A stretch of DNA of 34,429 bases from a virus. This document shows positions 1 through 9,200 of this stretch, piece after piece (positions within the stretch are counted from its first letter, which is position 1; the number at the start of each line of letters is the position of its first letter). The stretch is taken from the IMG/VR virus record IMGVR_UViG_3300020613_000003. The stretch is one strand, 5' to 3'. The translations under genes were made by a program, and so were the position numbers. Below the pieces are notes generated by a model. The model made no database searches, had not been told where the DNA came from, and worked only from the letters and a program-made list of their open reading frames with translations.

Positions 1-55
1 TTCAAACACTGTTCATTGAAGGAAATATCACTCGCCTTGATGATGAAATTATGCG
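1..55. repeat. Terminal redundancy: nt 1-55 are identical to nt 34375-34429, so the contig closes on itself with a unit length of 34,374 bp.
   Basis: Direct comparison of the first and last 55 nt (ttcaaacactgttcattgaagg...gatgaaattatgcg) gives an exact match. The repeat lies inside terL, so it is an assembly overlap and not a physical genome end. Confidence 0.95.
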
Positions 56-296
56 TAAAGCCTTGATAAATGCGGTAATCAAAGAAGATAACATCGGTAT
101 TCAGGTCGATAAAATGAAATCCACTTACAAGATTGACGTTGTGGATGCTCTTATCGATGCTTTTTACGATGCCATGTACGCATTTGAAGACTATGCAATC
201 ACTAACAATCCAACATGGAAAGTCGAACATATGAGCCAAGAGGCAGTTTTAGCATGGCTAAAAAACCCAGAAAGTGGGCTATTAGAGGAGTATTAA
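1..296 (+). CDS. terL: Terminase large subunit, extreme C-terminus. It continues the frame that runs off the window end at 34429.
   Basis: The frame is open from nt 1 and in phase with the frame open from 33483 across the 55-nt overlap (34374 is divisible by 3). It ends at TAA 294-296. The track ORF 51..296 is only its Met-initiated tail. Confidence 0.9.
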   Translation, partial: QTLFIEGNITRLDDEIMRKALINAVIKEDNIGIQVDKMKSTYKIDVVDALIDAFYDAMYAFEDYAITNNPTWKVEHMSQEAVLAWLKNPESGLLEEY

Positions 297-300
297 ATAC

Positions 301-480
301 ATGATTTTGAAGTTTTTTAAGGCAATTTGGGCTATTTTCGACATTTTAATGTTCATTTTAGCTGCAATTTCACTCAATATAACCACTTACCACCTTGGCT
401 ATGTATGGTTTGGCATTAGCATGACAATCACGTTCATACTAGCAGGATTAGTGAGTGAGCTAGCTTCGAAAAATAGCTAG
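301..480 (+). CDS. Small 59-aa membrane protein with two predicted TM helices, lying between terL and portal.
   Basis: ATG 301 to TAG 478-480 translates to MILKFFKAIWAIFDILMFILAAISLNITTYHLGYVWFGISMTITFILAGLVSELASKNS. It falls below the 60-aa cut-off of the track, fills the gap exactly, and is very hydrophobic. Confidence 0.6.
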   Translation: MILKFFKAIWAIFDILMFILAAISLNITTYHLGYVWFGISMTITFILAGLVSELASKNS

Positions 481-497
481 AAAGGAGGTGATAACAA

Positions 498-1658
498 ATG
501 CCAATATTTAATATAACGAATCTTGCAACAGAGAGCCCACCAATCAGTCAAGGGGGCTTTTTTGATATTACTGATCCAGAGTTTTTAGCTACTATTCAGG
601 GTAGTGAGTGGGTATCAGCCGAAACTGCTCTTAAAAACTCGGATTTATTCTCTATTATCAATCAATTATCTAACGACCTTGCAACCGTTAAACTGACAGC
701 CAGTCGGAAACAATTACAGGGAATCATTGATAACCCGTCAAACAATGCTAACCGCTTTAATTTCTATCAATCTATCTTTGCTCAAATGCTACTTGGTGGG
801 GAAGCCTTTGCTTATCGATGGCGAAATGAAAATGGGCGGGATATGAAGTGGGAATATTTGCGACCGTCTCAAGTATCATTCAATCGCTTGGATAATAAAG
901 ATGGAATTTACTATAACATCACTTTTGACGACCCACGCATTCCACCAAAACAGCACGTCCCACAAGGTGACGTCTTACACTTTAAAATGCTATCTGTGGA
1001 TGGTGGTTTGACAAGTGTAAGCCCGTTGATGGCTCTTAGTAGGGAGTTGAATATACAGAAAGCCAGCGATAAGCTGACGCTTAACTCTCTCAAAAACGCC
1101 TTAAATGCCAATGGTATTTTGAAGATTAAAGGCGGTGGCTTGCTTGATTTTAAAACTAAACTCTCACGCTCACGGCAAGCGATGAAGCAAATGCAAGGCG
1201 GTCCGTTAGTGCTGGATGATTTAGAGGAATTCACACCGCTTGAAATTAAGTCGAACGTGTCTCAACTGCTTAAGCAAGCGGACTGGACAACTGGACAGTT
1301 TGCTAAGGTCTATGGTATCCCAGAGAATGTAGTTGGAGGTCAAGGAGACCAACAATCATCGCTGGAAATGAGTTTAGATCTCTATAACAAAGCAGTATCA
1401 CGATACTTAAGACCATTTATCGGTGAGCTATCTCAAAAACTATCCTGCGATGTAGATGCAGATATTTTGCCGGCTGTTGACCCTACTGGCTCTAATAGTG
1501 TCAGTCGGATTAATAGCATGGTTAAAAGTGGCACACTCGCACAGAATCAAGGCTTGTATATTTTGCAACAAGCTGAAATTTTACCTAAAGAGTTGCCAGA
1601 AGGGGAAAACCCTAATAAGACCACATTGAAAGGAGGTGAGATAAATGGGGAAGATTGA
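498..1658 (+). CDS. Portal protein (HK97-family type)
   Basis: 386 aa with SD aaaggaggtg 8 nt upstream. It sits directly after terL and before the prohead protease. Size and sequence are typical of cos-type S. thermophilus phage portals. Confidence 0.9.
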   Translation: MPIFNITNLATESPPISQGGFFDITDPEFLATIQGSEWVSAETALKNSDLFSIINQLSNDLATVKLTASRKQLQGIIDNPSNNANRFNFYQSIFAQMLLGGEAFAYRWRNENGRDMKWEYLRPSQVSFNRLDNKDGIYYNITFDDPRIPPKQHVPQGDVLHFKMLSVDGGLTSVSPLMALSRELNIQKASDKLTLNSLKNALNANGILKIKGGGLLDFKTKLSRSRQAMKQMQGGPLVLDDLEEFTPLEIKSNVSQLLKQADWTTGQFAKVYGIPENVVGGQGDQQSSLEMSLDLYNKAVSRYLRPFIGELSQKLSCDVDADILPAVDPTGSNSVSRINSMVKSGTLAQNQGLYILQQAEILPKELPEGENPNKTTLKGGEINGED

Positions 1659-2313
1659 CATTAAAGGCTATATAGTAAGCAATGACGATAGGGAATTCTA
1701 TGATTTCTATGGCATGACCAGTACCTATCCCAAGATGGTACAAGATGCCATTGCTAACGATGAAGATGAAGAAATTACGCTTAATATTGCTTCAAACGGC
1801 GGTGATGTGTTCGCAGCTAGTGAAATCTATACTATGCTTCGAGACAGTGGCAAGCGTATTGTAGTTAATATACAAGGCTTAGCAGCGTCTGCTGCTTCCG
1901 TCATATCAATGGCAGGCAATACCGTTCGCATTAGTCCAACGGCGCATATCATGATTCATAAAGCATCTAGCGGTTTCGTTGGGAACAGCGATGACATGGA
2001 ACATCAATCAGTAGTATTGAATAGCATTGACGAGTCTATCGCTTTGGCTTACGAGATGAAAACTGGTCTTAAACAGACAGAATTATTAGAGCTTATGGCA
2101 AAAGAAACATGGCTTAATGCCAAAACTGCTGTTGATAAAGGCTTTGCAGATGAAATTATGTTCTTTGGTGACGATGAAGAACAAATCATGGTTACTAACG
2201 CTGTACATCAGATGCCAAGCAAATCAGCAATCAATAAATTTAAAAATATGATTGCTAAACCTAAAACCAATTCTTTGCGTGAGCAAAAATTGAAAATTTT
2301 ACTTGAAAAATGA
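1645..2313 (+). CDS. ClpP-like prohead (maturation) serine protease
   Basis: 222 aa with ClpP-type motifs (NIASNGGDVFAASEIY, GLAASAASVISMAG, IMIHKAS). It lies between portal and major capsid and has SD aaaggaggtg. Confidence 0.9.
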   Translation: MGKIDIKGYIVSNDDREFYDFYGMTSTYPKMVQDAIANDEDEEITLNIASNGGDVFAASEIYTMLRDSGKRIVVNIQGLAASAASVISMAGNTVRISPTAHIMIHKASSGFVGNSDDMEHQSVVLNSIDESIALAYEMKTGLKQTELLELMAKETWLNAKTAVDKGFADEIMFFGDDEEQIMVTNAVHQMPSKSAINKFKNMIAKPKTNSLREQKLKILLEK

Positions 2314-2327
2314 AAGGAAAATAATTA

Positions 2328-3521
2328 ATGAAAACATCAAACGAATTGCATGACCTTTGGGTTGCTCAAGGCGACAAGGTCGAAAATCTTAACGAAAAAC
2401 TTAACGTAGCTATGCTTGACGATTCAGTTACTGCTGAAGAATTGCAAGCTATCAAAAACGAGCGTGACACTGCCAAAATGAAACGTGATATGTTTAAAGA
2501 ACAATACACAGAAGCTCGTGCTAATGAAGTAGTTAATATGTCCGAAGAAGATAAAAAACCTTTGACTAAAAATGAAGAAGAGGTTAAAGCTGGTTTTGTT
2601 AAAGACTTCAAAAACCTAGTCCGTGGTCGCTACCAAAACTTACTTGATTCTAAAACAGACCATTCTGGTTCTGATGCAGGTTTGACTATCCCTCAAGATA
2701 TTCAAACAGCTATTCATACATTGGTTCGTCAATACGATTCATTGCAAGAGTATGTAAATGTTGAGAACGTAACTACTCTTACTGGTTCACGTGTTTATGA
2801 AAAATGGACTGATATTACAGGTCTTGCTAATATTGATGATGAAGCAGGTAAAATTGCTGATATTGATGATCCAAAACTTTCTCTTATCAAATACACTATC
2901 AAGCGCTATGCTGGTATCTCAACAGTTACTAACAGCTTGCTTGCTGATTCTGCTGAAAATATCCTTGCTTGGCTTTCTGGTTGGATTGCCAAAAAAGTTG
3001 TTGTAACTCGTAACAAAGCTATCTTGGAAGCTATCGCTACGCTTCCAACAAAACCAACATTGACAAAATGGGATGACATCATTGACCTTCAAGCTAAAGT
3101 TGACCCAGCAATTAAGCAAACATCATTCTTCTTGACTAATACGTCTGGATTTACTGCACTTAAGAAAGTAAAGAATGCATTTGGTGATTATCTAATGGAA
3201 CGTGACGTAAAATCACCTACAGGCTATTCAATCGCTGGCTTCGCAGTCAAAGAAGTCGCTGACCGTTGGCTTGCTAACGGCACAGGTGGAGCTATGCCAC
3301 TATACTTTGGTGATTTGAAACAAGCCGTTACTTTGTTTGACCGTCAACAAATGTCATTGCTATCTACCAATATCGGTGGTGGTGCGTTTGAAACTGACAC
3401 TACTAAAGTACGTGTTATTGACCGTTTTGATGTTGTAGCAACTGATACAGAAGCGTTTGTACCAGCTTCATTTAAAGCCATCGCTGACCAAAAAGGTAAC
3501 ATTGGTTCAACAGCAGTCTAA
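2328..3521 (+). CDS. Major capsid protein (HK97 fold, with a cleavable coiled-coil N-terminal scaffold-like delta domain)
   Basis: 397 aa directly after the protease. The first ~100 aa are charged and coiled-coil, followed by a capsid-like body. Confidence 0.9.
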   Translation: MKTSNELHDLWVAQGDKVENLNEKLNVAMLDDSVTAEELQAIKNERDTAKMKRDMFKEQYTEARANEVVNMSEEDKKPLTKNEEEVKAGFVKDFKNLVRGRYQNLLDSKTDHSGSDAGLTIPQDIQTAIHTLVRQYDSLQEYVNVENVTTLTGSRVYEKWTDITGLANIDDEAGKIADIDDPKLSLIKYTIKRYAGISTVTNSLLADSAENILAWLSGWIAKKVVVTRNKAILEAIATLPTKPTLTKWDDIIDLQAKVDPAIKQTSFFLTNTSGFTALKKVKNAFGDYLMERDVKSPTGYSIAGFAVKEVADRWLANGTGGAMPLYFGDLKQAVTLFDRQQMSLLSTNIGGGAFETDTTKVRVIDRFDVVATDTEAFVPASFKAIADQKGNIGSTAV

Positions 3522-3535
3522 TTAGGAGGTAAGCT

Positions 3536-3850
3536 ATGAGTGTATCTAAGGAAACTATCATGCAGACTCTGAATCTGGATGAGACAGACGACACGGCACT
3601 CATCCCAGCTTACATTGAATCAGCTCGACAGTACGTCGTTAATTCAGTCGGGGATGATCCAAAATTTTACAACCTCGACAGTGTGAGAGCTTTGTTTGAT
3701 ACGGCTGTAATAGCCCTAACAAGCTCATATTTCACGTATAGAGTGGCATTGACAGATACGGCAACATATCCTGTTAATCTAACGCTAAACAGCATAATCG
3801 GGCAATTAAGGGGGCTGTACGCAACTTATAGCGAGGAAAGAGGTGACTAA
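3536..3850 (+). CDS. Head-tail connector / DNA-packaging adaptor (gp6-like)
   Basis: 104 aa with SD taggaggt. Its position immediately after the capsid gene is conserved. Confidence 0.7.
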   Translation: MSVSKETIMQTLNLDETDDTALIPAYIESARQYVVNSVGDDPKFYNLDSVRALFDTAVIALTSSYFTYRVALTDTATYPVNLTLNSIIGQLRGLYATYSEERGD

Positions 3851-4200
3851 TGGCTAGAGTTAGATATTTACCCTCAGACTTTCGTTATAAAGCAGATTTT
3901 GGGACATATCAAAGCACACCCAACAAATTCACTGGAGTGAGTGTGCCAAAGTTCGTGAAACAATTTACGCTTCATTACAAGCCACACACTAGAACGCTCA
4001 ATCAAGAGTATTTGGCTCAACAAAATGGCGAAAGTGATACAATAGTTATCGTCATCCGCCACAATGCAAAAGTATTAGAAGGTCAAGTTGTCACTTTAAA
4101 CGGCACTCAATATGACATCGTGCGTATCAGTGCAGACGAAAACTTTGGTTTTAACCACTACGACTTTATTACTTTGAAAAAGCGTAAGAAAGTTGGGTGA
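3850..4200 (+). CDS. Head-tail joining (head closure) protein
   Basis: 116 aa. Its ATG overlaps the upstream stop (TAATG) and it occupies the conserved morphogenesis position. Confidence 0.65.
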   Translation: MARVRYLPSDFRYKADFGTYQSTPNKFTGVSVPKFVKQFTLHYKPHTRTLNQEYLAQQNGESDTIVIVIRHNAKVLEGQVVTLNGTQYDIVRISADENFGFNHYDFITLKKRKKVG

Positions 4201-4206
4201 TGGCTT

Positions 4207-4629
4207 ATGACAGGTCTTGATGAAGCGTTAGAGGATTGGCTTAAAAAGGTCGCTAGTATTGGTGATTTAACACCAGCGGAACAAGCAAAGATTACAAACG
4301 CTGGTGCTAAGGTGTTTAAAGAAGAGTTGGCAGAAGTTACTCGTCAGAAACACTACTCAAACAAGAAACATTTGAAGTATGGTCACATGGCTGACGGCTT
4401 AGCTGTCCAATCCACAAACGTGGATGGTAGAAAAAATGGTGTGTCAACTGTGGGGTGGGTGAATAGGTACCACGCCCAAAACGCTAGACGATTAAATGAC
4501 GGCACTAAGAAATATCGTGCTGACCATTTTGTTACTAATGTACAAAACGATAGCGCTGTCCAAACTAAGGTGCTATTGGCAGAAAAAGAGGAATATGAGA
4601 AACTTATCCGCAAGAAGGGAGGGGAGTAA
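4207..4629 (+). CDS. HK97 gp10-like tail/neck component
   Basis: 140 aa in the conserved position. The call rests on synteny and size only. Confidence 0.6.
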   Translation: MTGLDEALEDWLKKVASIGDLTPAEQAKITNAGAKVFKEELAEVTRQKHYSNKKHLKYGHMADGLAVQSTNVDGRKNGVSTVGWVNRYHAQNARRLNDGTKKYRADHFVTNVQNDSAVQTKVLLAEKEEYEKLIRKKGGE

Positions 4630-4633
4630 TTAA

Positions 4634-5005
4634 GTGTTAGCAACCGTAAAACTAAAAGAGTTAATTGAGGGTAAAGGATTTGGTGAAATAAGCGAAGTAT
4701 ATGCAAACAACTTACCTAAAGAGCTCGAAGATAACACCGATAAGACAATCGTGTTGCTCACCGAAAGCAACCCATCACTTGATTTAAGCGGAAACAATAC
4801 CTTTTTCAGTAAAACAGATAGAGTAGAAGTGCAGATTTTTTATAAACTCGATATTGATTTTGATATTGAAGCTTTCGAGATGGAATTGATAAAATTCTTA
4901 AAATCTGAACACTACTCAATAACAGATATAAGAGAACATAGTATAGACCCTGATACATTGCAAATTACAGCGGTCTTTTTTGTTGCTTTCGATAAATTAA
5001 TTTAA
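4634..5005 (+). CDS. Tail completion / tail terminator-like protein
   Basis: 123 aa with a GTG start preceded by SD gggaggggag. The call rests on synteny. Confidence 0.55.
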   Translation: MLATVKLKELIEGKGFGEISEVYANNLPKELEDNTDKTIVLLTESNPSLDLSGNNTFFSKTDRVEVQIFYKLDIDFDIEAFEMELIKFLKSEHYSITDIREHSIDPDTLQITAVFFVAFDKLI

Positions 5006-5023
5006 CAAAAGGAGAAAATATAT

Positions 5024-5632
5024 ATGGCAATTGTAGGTTTGAAATTGGTGCAACTTGCTTTGGTTGACCCAAAAACTCAAAAACTTATTAAAGGTCCAGA
5101 AGGCCTTTCAACTGACGGTGTAATCGAAATCGATTCAAAAATGCTTGGTACTCGTACCGCTAACATCTCAAACTTGGAAGGACAAGCTACTAAAGTCCCA
5201 GGAAACAACGAAGTACAGGATATTATGATTGCTCCGGGTTCACCAACAGTCGCTTTTGAATTTAACAACCTTGATTTTGATATCAAACAAAAAATCCTTG
5301 GATTCAAATCGGACGGAAAAGGTGGATACGTTTACCAAGGTGAGAAACCACACGTGGCAGTATTGATTGAATCACAAACACTTGACCGCAAAAACTCAGT
5401 TTACTTTGGTTTTGCTAACGGAATCTTCCAAGAGTCAACACAGAACGTAGCTACAGATACAGACACCGCTCAAACCCGTCAAAACGACCACTTGACATAT
5501 AACGCATTGTCAGCGACTGAATTTGGCGGTGAGCCAATCAAGAAATACTTCACGGGTTCATCAACTTTCGATAAAGCAAACATGTACAAAGAAGTTTTCG
5601 GTGGTTACACACTAACTTCTAAAGCAGTTTAA
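5024..5632 (+). CDS. Major tail protein
   Basis: 202 aa with SD aaaggag, followed by a strong terminator. It lies directly upstream of the G/GT chaperone pair. Confidence 0.85.
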   Translation: MAIVGLKLVQLALVDPKTQKLIKGPEGLSTDGVIEIDSKMLGTRTANISNLEGQATKVPGNNEVQDIMIAPGSPTVAFEFNNLDFDIKQKILGFKSDGKGGYVYQGEKPHVAVLIESQTLDRKNSVYFGFANGIFQESTQNVATDTDTAQTRQNDHLTYNALSATEFGGEPIKKYFTGSSTFDKANMYKEVFGGYTLTSKAV

Positions 5633-5650
5633 CACATCATAATTCGCAAA

Positions 5651-5684
5651 GAGGTCAGGCTTATGGCCTGGCCTCTATTTTTTT
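5651..5684 (+). terminator. Rho-independent terminator after the major tail gene
   Basis: A 10-bp stem gaggtcaggc / gcctggcctc (one G:U pair) with loop ttatg, followed by tattttttt. Confidence 0.8.
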
Positions 5685-5705
5685 AAAAAAGGAGTAAAGA
5701 CCACA

Positions 5706-6059
5706 ATGGAAATCAGAACTATTAAAATCCCTGAAATCAGCAAGAAAGCATTTGAAGTATTTACAAGCAACCGCAATGTATTGCGTATGCATGAGTATCA
5801 GTTAGCAGTACTTAAAATCAGTGACACAATTGAAGATGGCGACACACAAGAGCAGGCTCAAGGTAGTTACTCAATCCTTAAAGAAATGCTTGGCTTTATC
5901 CGTGCTGTTCTTAACTTGAATGATGAAGATTATGACAAGTTACTCGATTTGGAAAATAAACGTACACAAGAGATTGCTGAGAAATTAGTGGGCTATATGT
6001 ATGGTTTGACAGATGAGCAACTTGAAAATGCCTCTGGTGAAGTTGACCCAAAAGAATAA
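5706..6059 (+). CDS. Tail assembly chaperone (gpG analogue)
   Basis: 117 aa, acidic, directly upstream of the tape measure. It ends 4 nt after a canonical slippery heptamer. Confidence 0.85.
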   Translation: MEIRTIKIPEISKKAFEVFTSNRNVLRMHEYQLAVLKISDTIEDGDTQEQAQGSYSILKEMLGFIRAVLNLNDEDYDKLLDLENKRTQEIAEKLVGYMYGLTDEQLENASGEVDPKE

Positions 6060-6250
6060 AATCAAAAGGTGAACAAATTTTTGATTTAGAAAATGGCATA
6101 GAGAATTTGAAGCTCATCGCTAAGAGATCGATTCAAGGTTTTGGTTGGACGTTGGAACAGTATTACGACACTGATTATTATGAATTGATGAAAATCTTGA
6201 ATGCAAAAGAGGAAGAGAATAGGATGGTAGACCCAACATCCTTACTCTAA
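5706..6250 (+). CDS. Tail assembly chaperone frameshift fusion (gpGT analogue), made by a -1 slip at 6047-6053
   Basis: After C CCA AAA (6047-6053) the -1 frame stays open for 65 codons (RIKSKGEQIFDLENGIENLKLIAKRSIQGFGWTLEQYYDTDYYELMKILNAKEEENRMVDPTSLL) to TAA 6248-6250. I translated it codon by codon and found no stop. Confidence 0.8.
6047..6053 (+). promoter_or_regulatory. -1 programmed ribosomal frameshift heptamer C CCA AAA
   Basis: It fits the X XXY YYZ pattern in the zero frame of the chaperone gene, 4 nt before its stop. Confidence 0.8.
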
Positions 6251-6277
6251 TTTTTTAAGGAAAGGAGGGAATATAAC

Positions 6278-9200
6278 ATGGCGAAAATACAAGCTACCAT
6301 GTCTACTGAAATAGCCTTAGACACGCTTCAGGCTGCTGACTCGATTAAACGATTAACTCAGTTAGTCAATAGTTCTACAAATGCTTGGAAGGCTCAAGAG
6401 AGCCAAATGCGTAGCGCTGGTGACTATTTAGGTGCGGCTCAAGCAAAATACGAAGGCTTGAGTAATACCATCCAGAACCAACAGCAAAAGATTGAGAAAC
6501 TGAAACAAGAACAGTCTCAACTTAAAGGGAGCACCGTCGAAGTCGCCGAACAGTACCTTAAGTACCAACAACAAATCGACCAAGCTACTACACGCTTAGC
6601 TGCGTTGGAAAATCAACAACGTCAAGCTAAGCAAAGCCTTGATTATCATAAGTCTGGTTTGGCAGAGCTTCAAAAGGAATATAAAGCCCAAAACGAGGCA
6701 TCTGATACCTACATCAAGCGTTTAAAGGCAGAGGGCAAGGAAGACGAAGCTAGACAGGAACAGCTCAAGCAATACAAGGGTTCAATCGCTAACCTAAACA
6801 AGCAGTATGAGACCCAAAAAGAAATGCTTGAGCGTATCGCTAAACAGACTAGCAAGACCTCAGAAGAATATCTCATCCAGAAAAAACGCTTAGATGAGAC
6901 AGCGACGAGTCTAGCTCATACTAGAAATGCCGCTAATAAACTTAACGATGAGATTGAGCAAAGTCAACGTTCTAGCACGTTCATCGAACACTTGAAAGAA
7001 AGCTTTCGCCGTTTGGGGAATGAAGTCGACGATACTGAACAAAAGACCTCACGTTTAAAAGGTATCTTTGGGGCTACGTTTACAGCTAATCTTATCAGCA
7101 ATGGTTTCCAAAATGCGTTGGGAGCTATCAAGGGTAAATTTGATGAAATTGCCCAATCCAGTTCCGAATACGTTAAATACCAACAAACCATGAACGCCAC
7201 TTGGTTGACCTTAACGGGTAATGCTGAAGAAGGTAAGAAGATGGTCGATATGACCAACCAAATGGCGCAGGCAGCGGCTAACTCAACCGAGATGGTTGAT
7301 GGCATGAACCAGAAATTCTATGCCGTTACTCACAATACTGAGTTGACTAAGCAACAAACACAAGCCATCTTGACATTGCAAGACGCTTTTGGTCAGACCG
7401 ATGCAGCCGTTGAGAATTTCGCTACTCAGTGGGCTCAAATGATTGCCAATGGTAAGGTTCAAGGGCAAGACATGATGTCTATTATCAATGTTTTTCCAGA
7501 AATGAAGAACCAACTTAAAGAAGTTGCCGGGCAAGAACTTGGCATTGCTAACATGACTCAAGAGCAATATGCCAAATTGCAAAGCGATGGTAAGATTACC
7601 GCCGAAATGGCGCAAAAAGCCTTGTTTGAGTTGCAAGACAAATACAAGGATGCGACGGTTAATTTCTCAACAACTATCGGCGGTCTTGAAAGAACCATCC
7701 AGTCTCGTATGCCAGCAGTAGTTGCAGCTTTCCGTGATCCAATCGATAAAACGAAAAACCCATTCTTACAACAGATTGGTAACTGGGTTGCTGACCCTAA
7801 AACTGAAGGCAAATTCAAAGAGCTTGGAGAGCATGTTTCCAAAGGTCTTGGCACAATCATGGACGCCTTCTCTAAGGTATTCAATCTCGGTGATGGTACA
7901 GACAAGCTTAATGGCTTAATAGACGGTCTCAATAAGTTTGTCGATAACCTTAGTAAGAACATTGCCAATAATGCCCCTAAAATTGTAGCTTTCTTCAAGG
8001 AAGCAAAAGATAGTCTAATTGCACTTTTCAGCATTGGGAAGAGCTTCGTTGGTGGTGTTTGGGAAACCGCAGTAGCCATGATTAAAGGTGTCGCTGGTGC
8101 TTTCAATTTAATGACTGGCAATGGTAAAAAAGCTAAAGAACAAGTCACATCACTATCCAATGCTTTAGGTAGTATTGCAAAACATAAAACAGCTATTGAA
8201 ACGGTTGGTTCTTTGTTTGCTGCATATTTTGTGGGCTCTAAAATCGCAAATGGGATCACAGCAGTTGTAAAAGGTATTCGTGCATGGAAAACAGCTACAG
8301 CAGGAATGACAGTGGCTCAAAAGGCATTGAATTTAGCTTTTGCTTCCAATCCAATTGGTTTAGTCGTGGTTGGAATAACTACTGCTATCGCTGCACTTAC
8401 GATGCTTTATAAGCACAATGAAAAATTCAAGAAATTCATTGATGGTATTGTAAAGAACATCAAAGATGGATTTTCTAACGCTGGTAAATGGCTTGGCAAG
8501 ACATGGGATGGCATGAAGAAAACTTGGACGGGTGCGATGGACTCAATGACCAAGAGCACCAAGAAGGGTTTTGAAAAGACTAAGACTTACTTCACTGGCG
8601 GTGAAAAAGGTATCAAAGCCTTTACTAACACCGCTAAGAAACTGCTTGTAATCTCTAATCCAGTAGTAGCTGGTTTTGAGTTGATGTATAAGCACAATAA
8701 ACCATTTAAGAAGTTTGTTGATGGCACTGTGGACCATGTCAAAGATATGGCCAAAGGTATTGCAAAACACATGAGTAACCTTAAGAAAGATTGGTCTGAT
8801 AAGTGGGACAACGTTAAGAAATTCGCATCTAAAACATGGAAAGGTGTCAAGGATAACGCTACTGAAGCCATGACTTCTCTAGGTAAGGATATCGACAAGC
8901 ACCACAAAGGTATCAATAATAATTGGTTTGATGGCTGGGAAAACTCCAAAAAATTTCTATCGAAAAAATGGGATGAAATCGGAGCGTTAACGCAAGATAA
9001 ATTCGGTGTTAAAATTACCAAACTAATCACCGACGCTTTAACCAACATCGCTAAATTCTTCAAGGATACATGGGATAATGTCAAAAATGGCTTCAGTGAC
9101 ATGTGGGATGGCATGAAACACCTTGCTGGCGATGGTATCAATGCGGTCATCAAAATTCCGAACGATGGTATCGACGGCATCAACGGCTTAATCCAAGACT

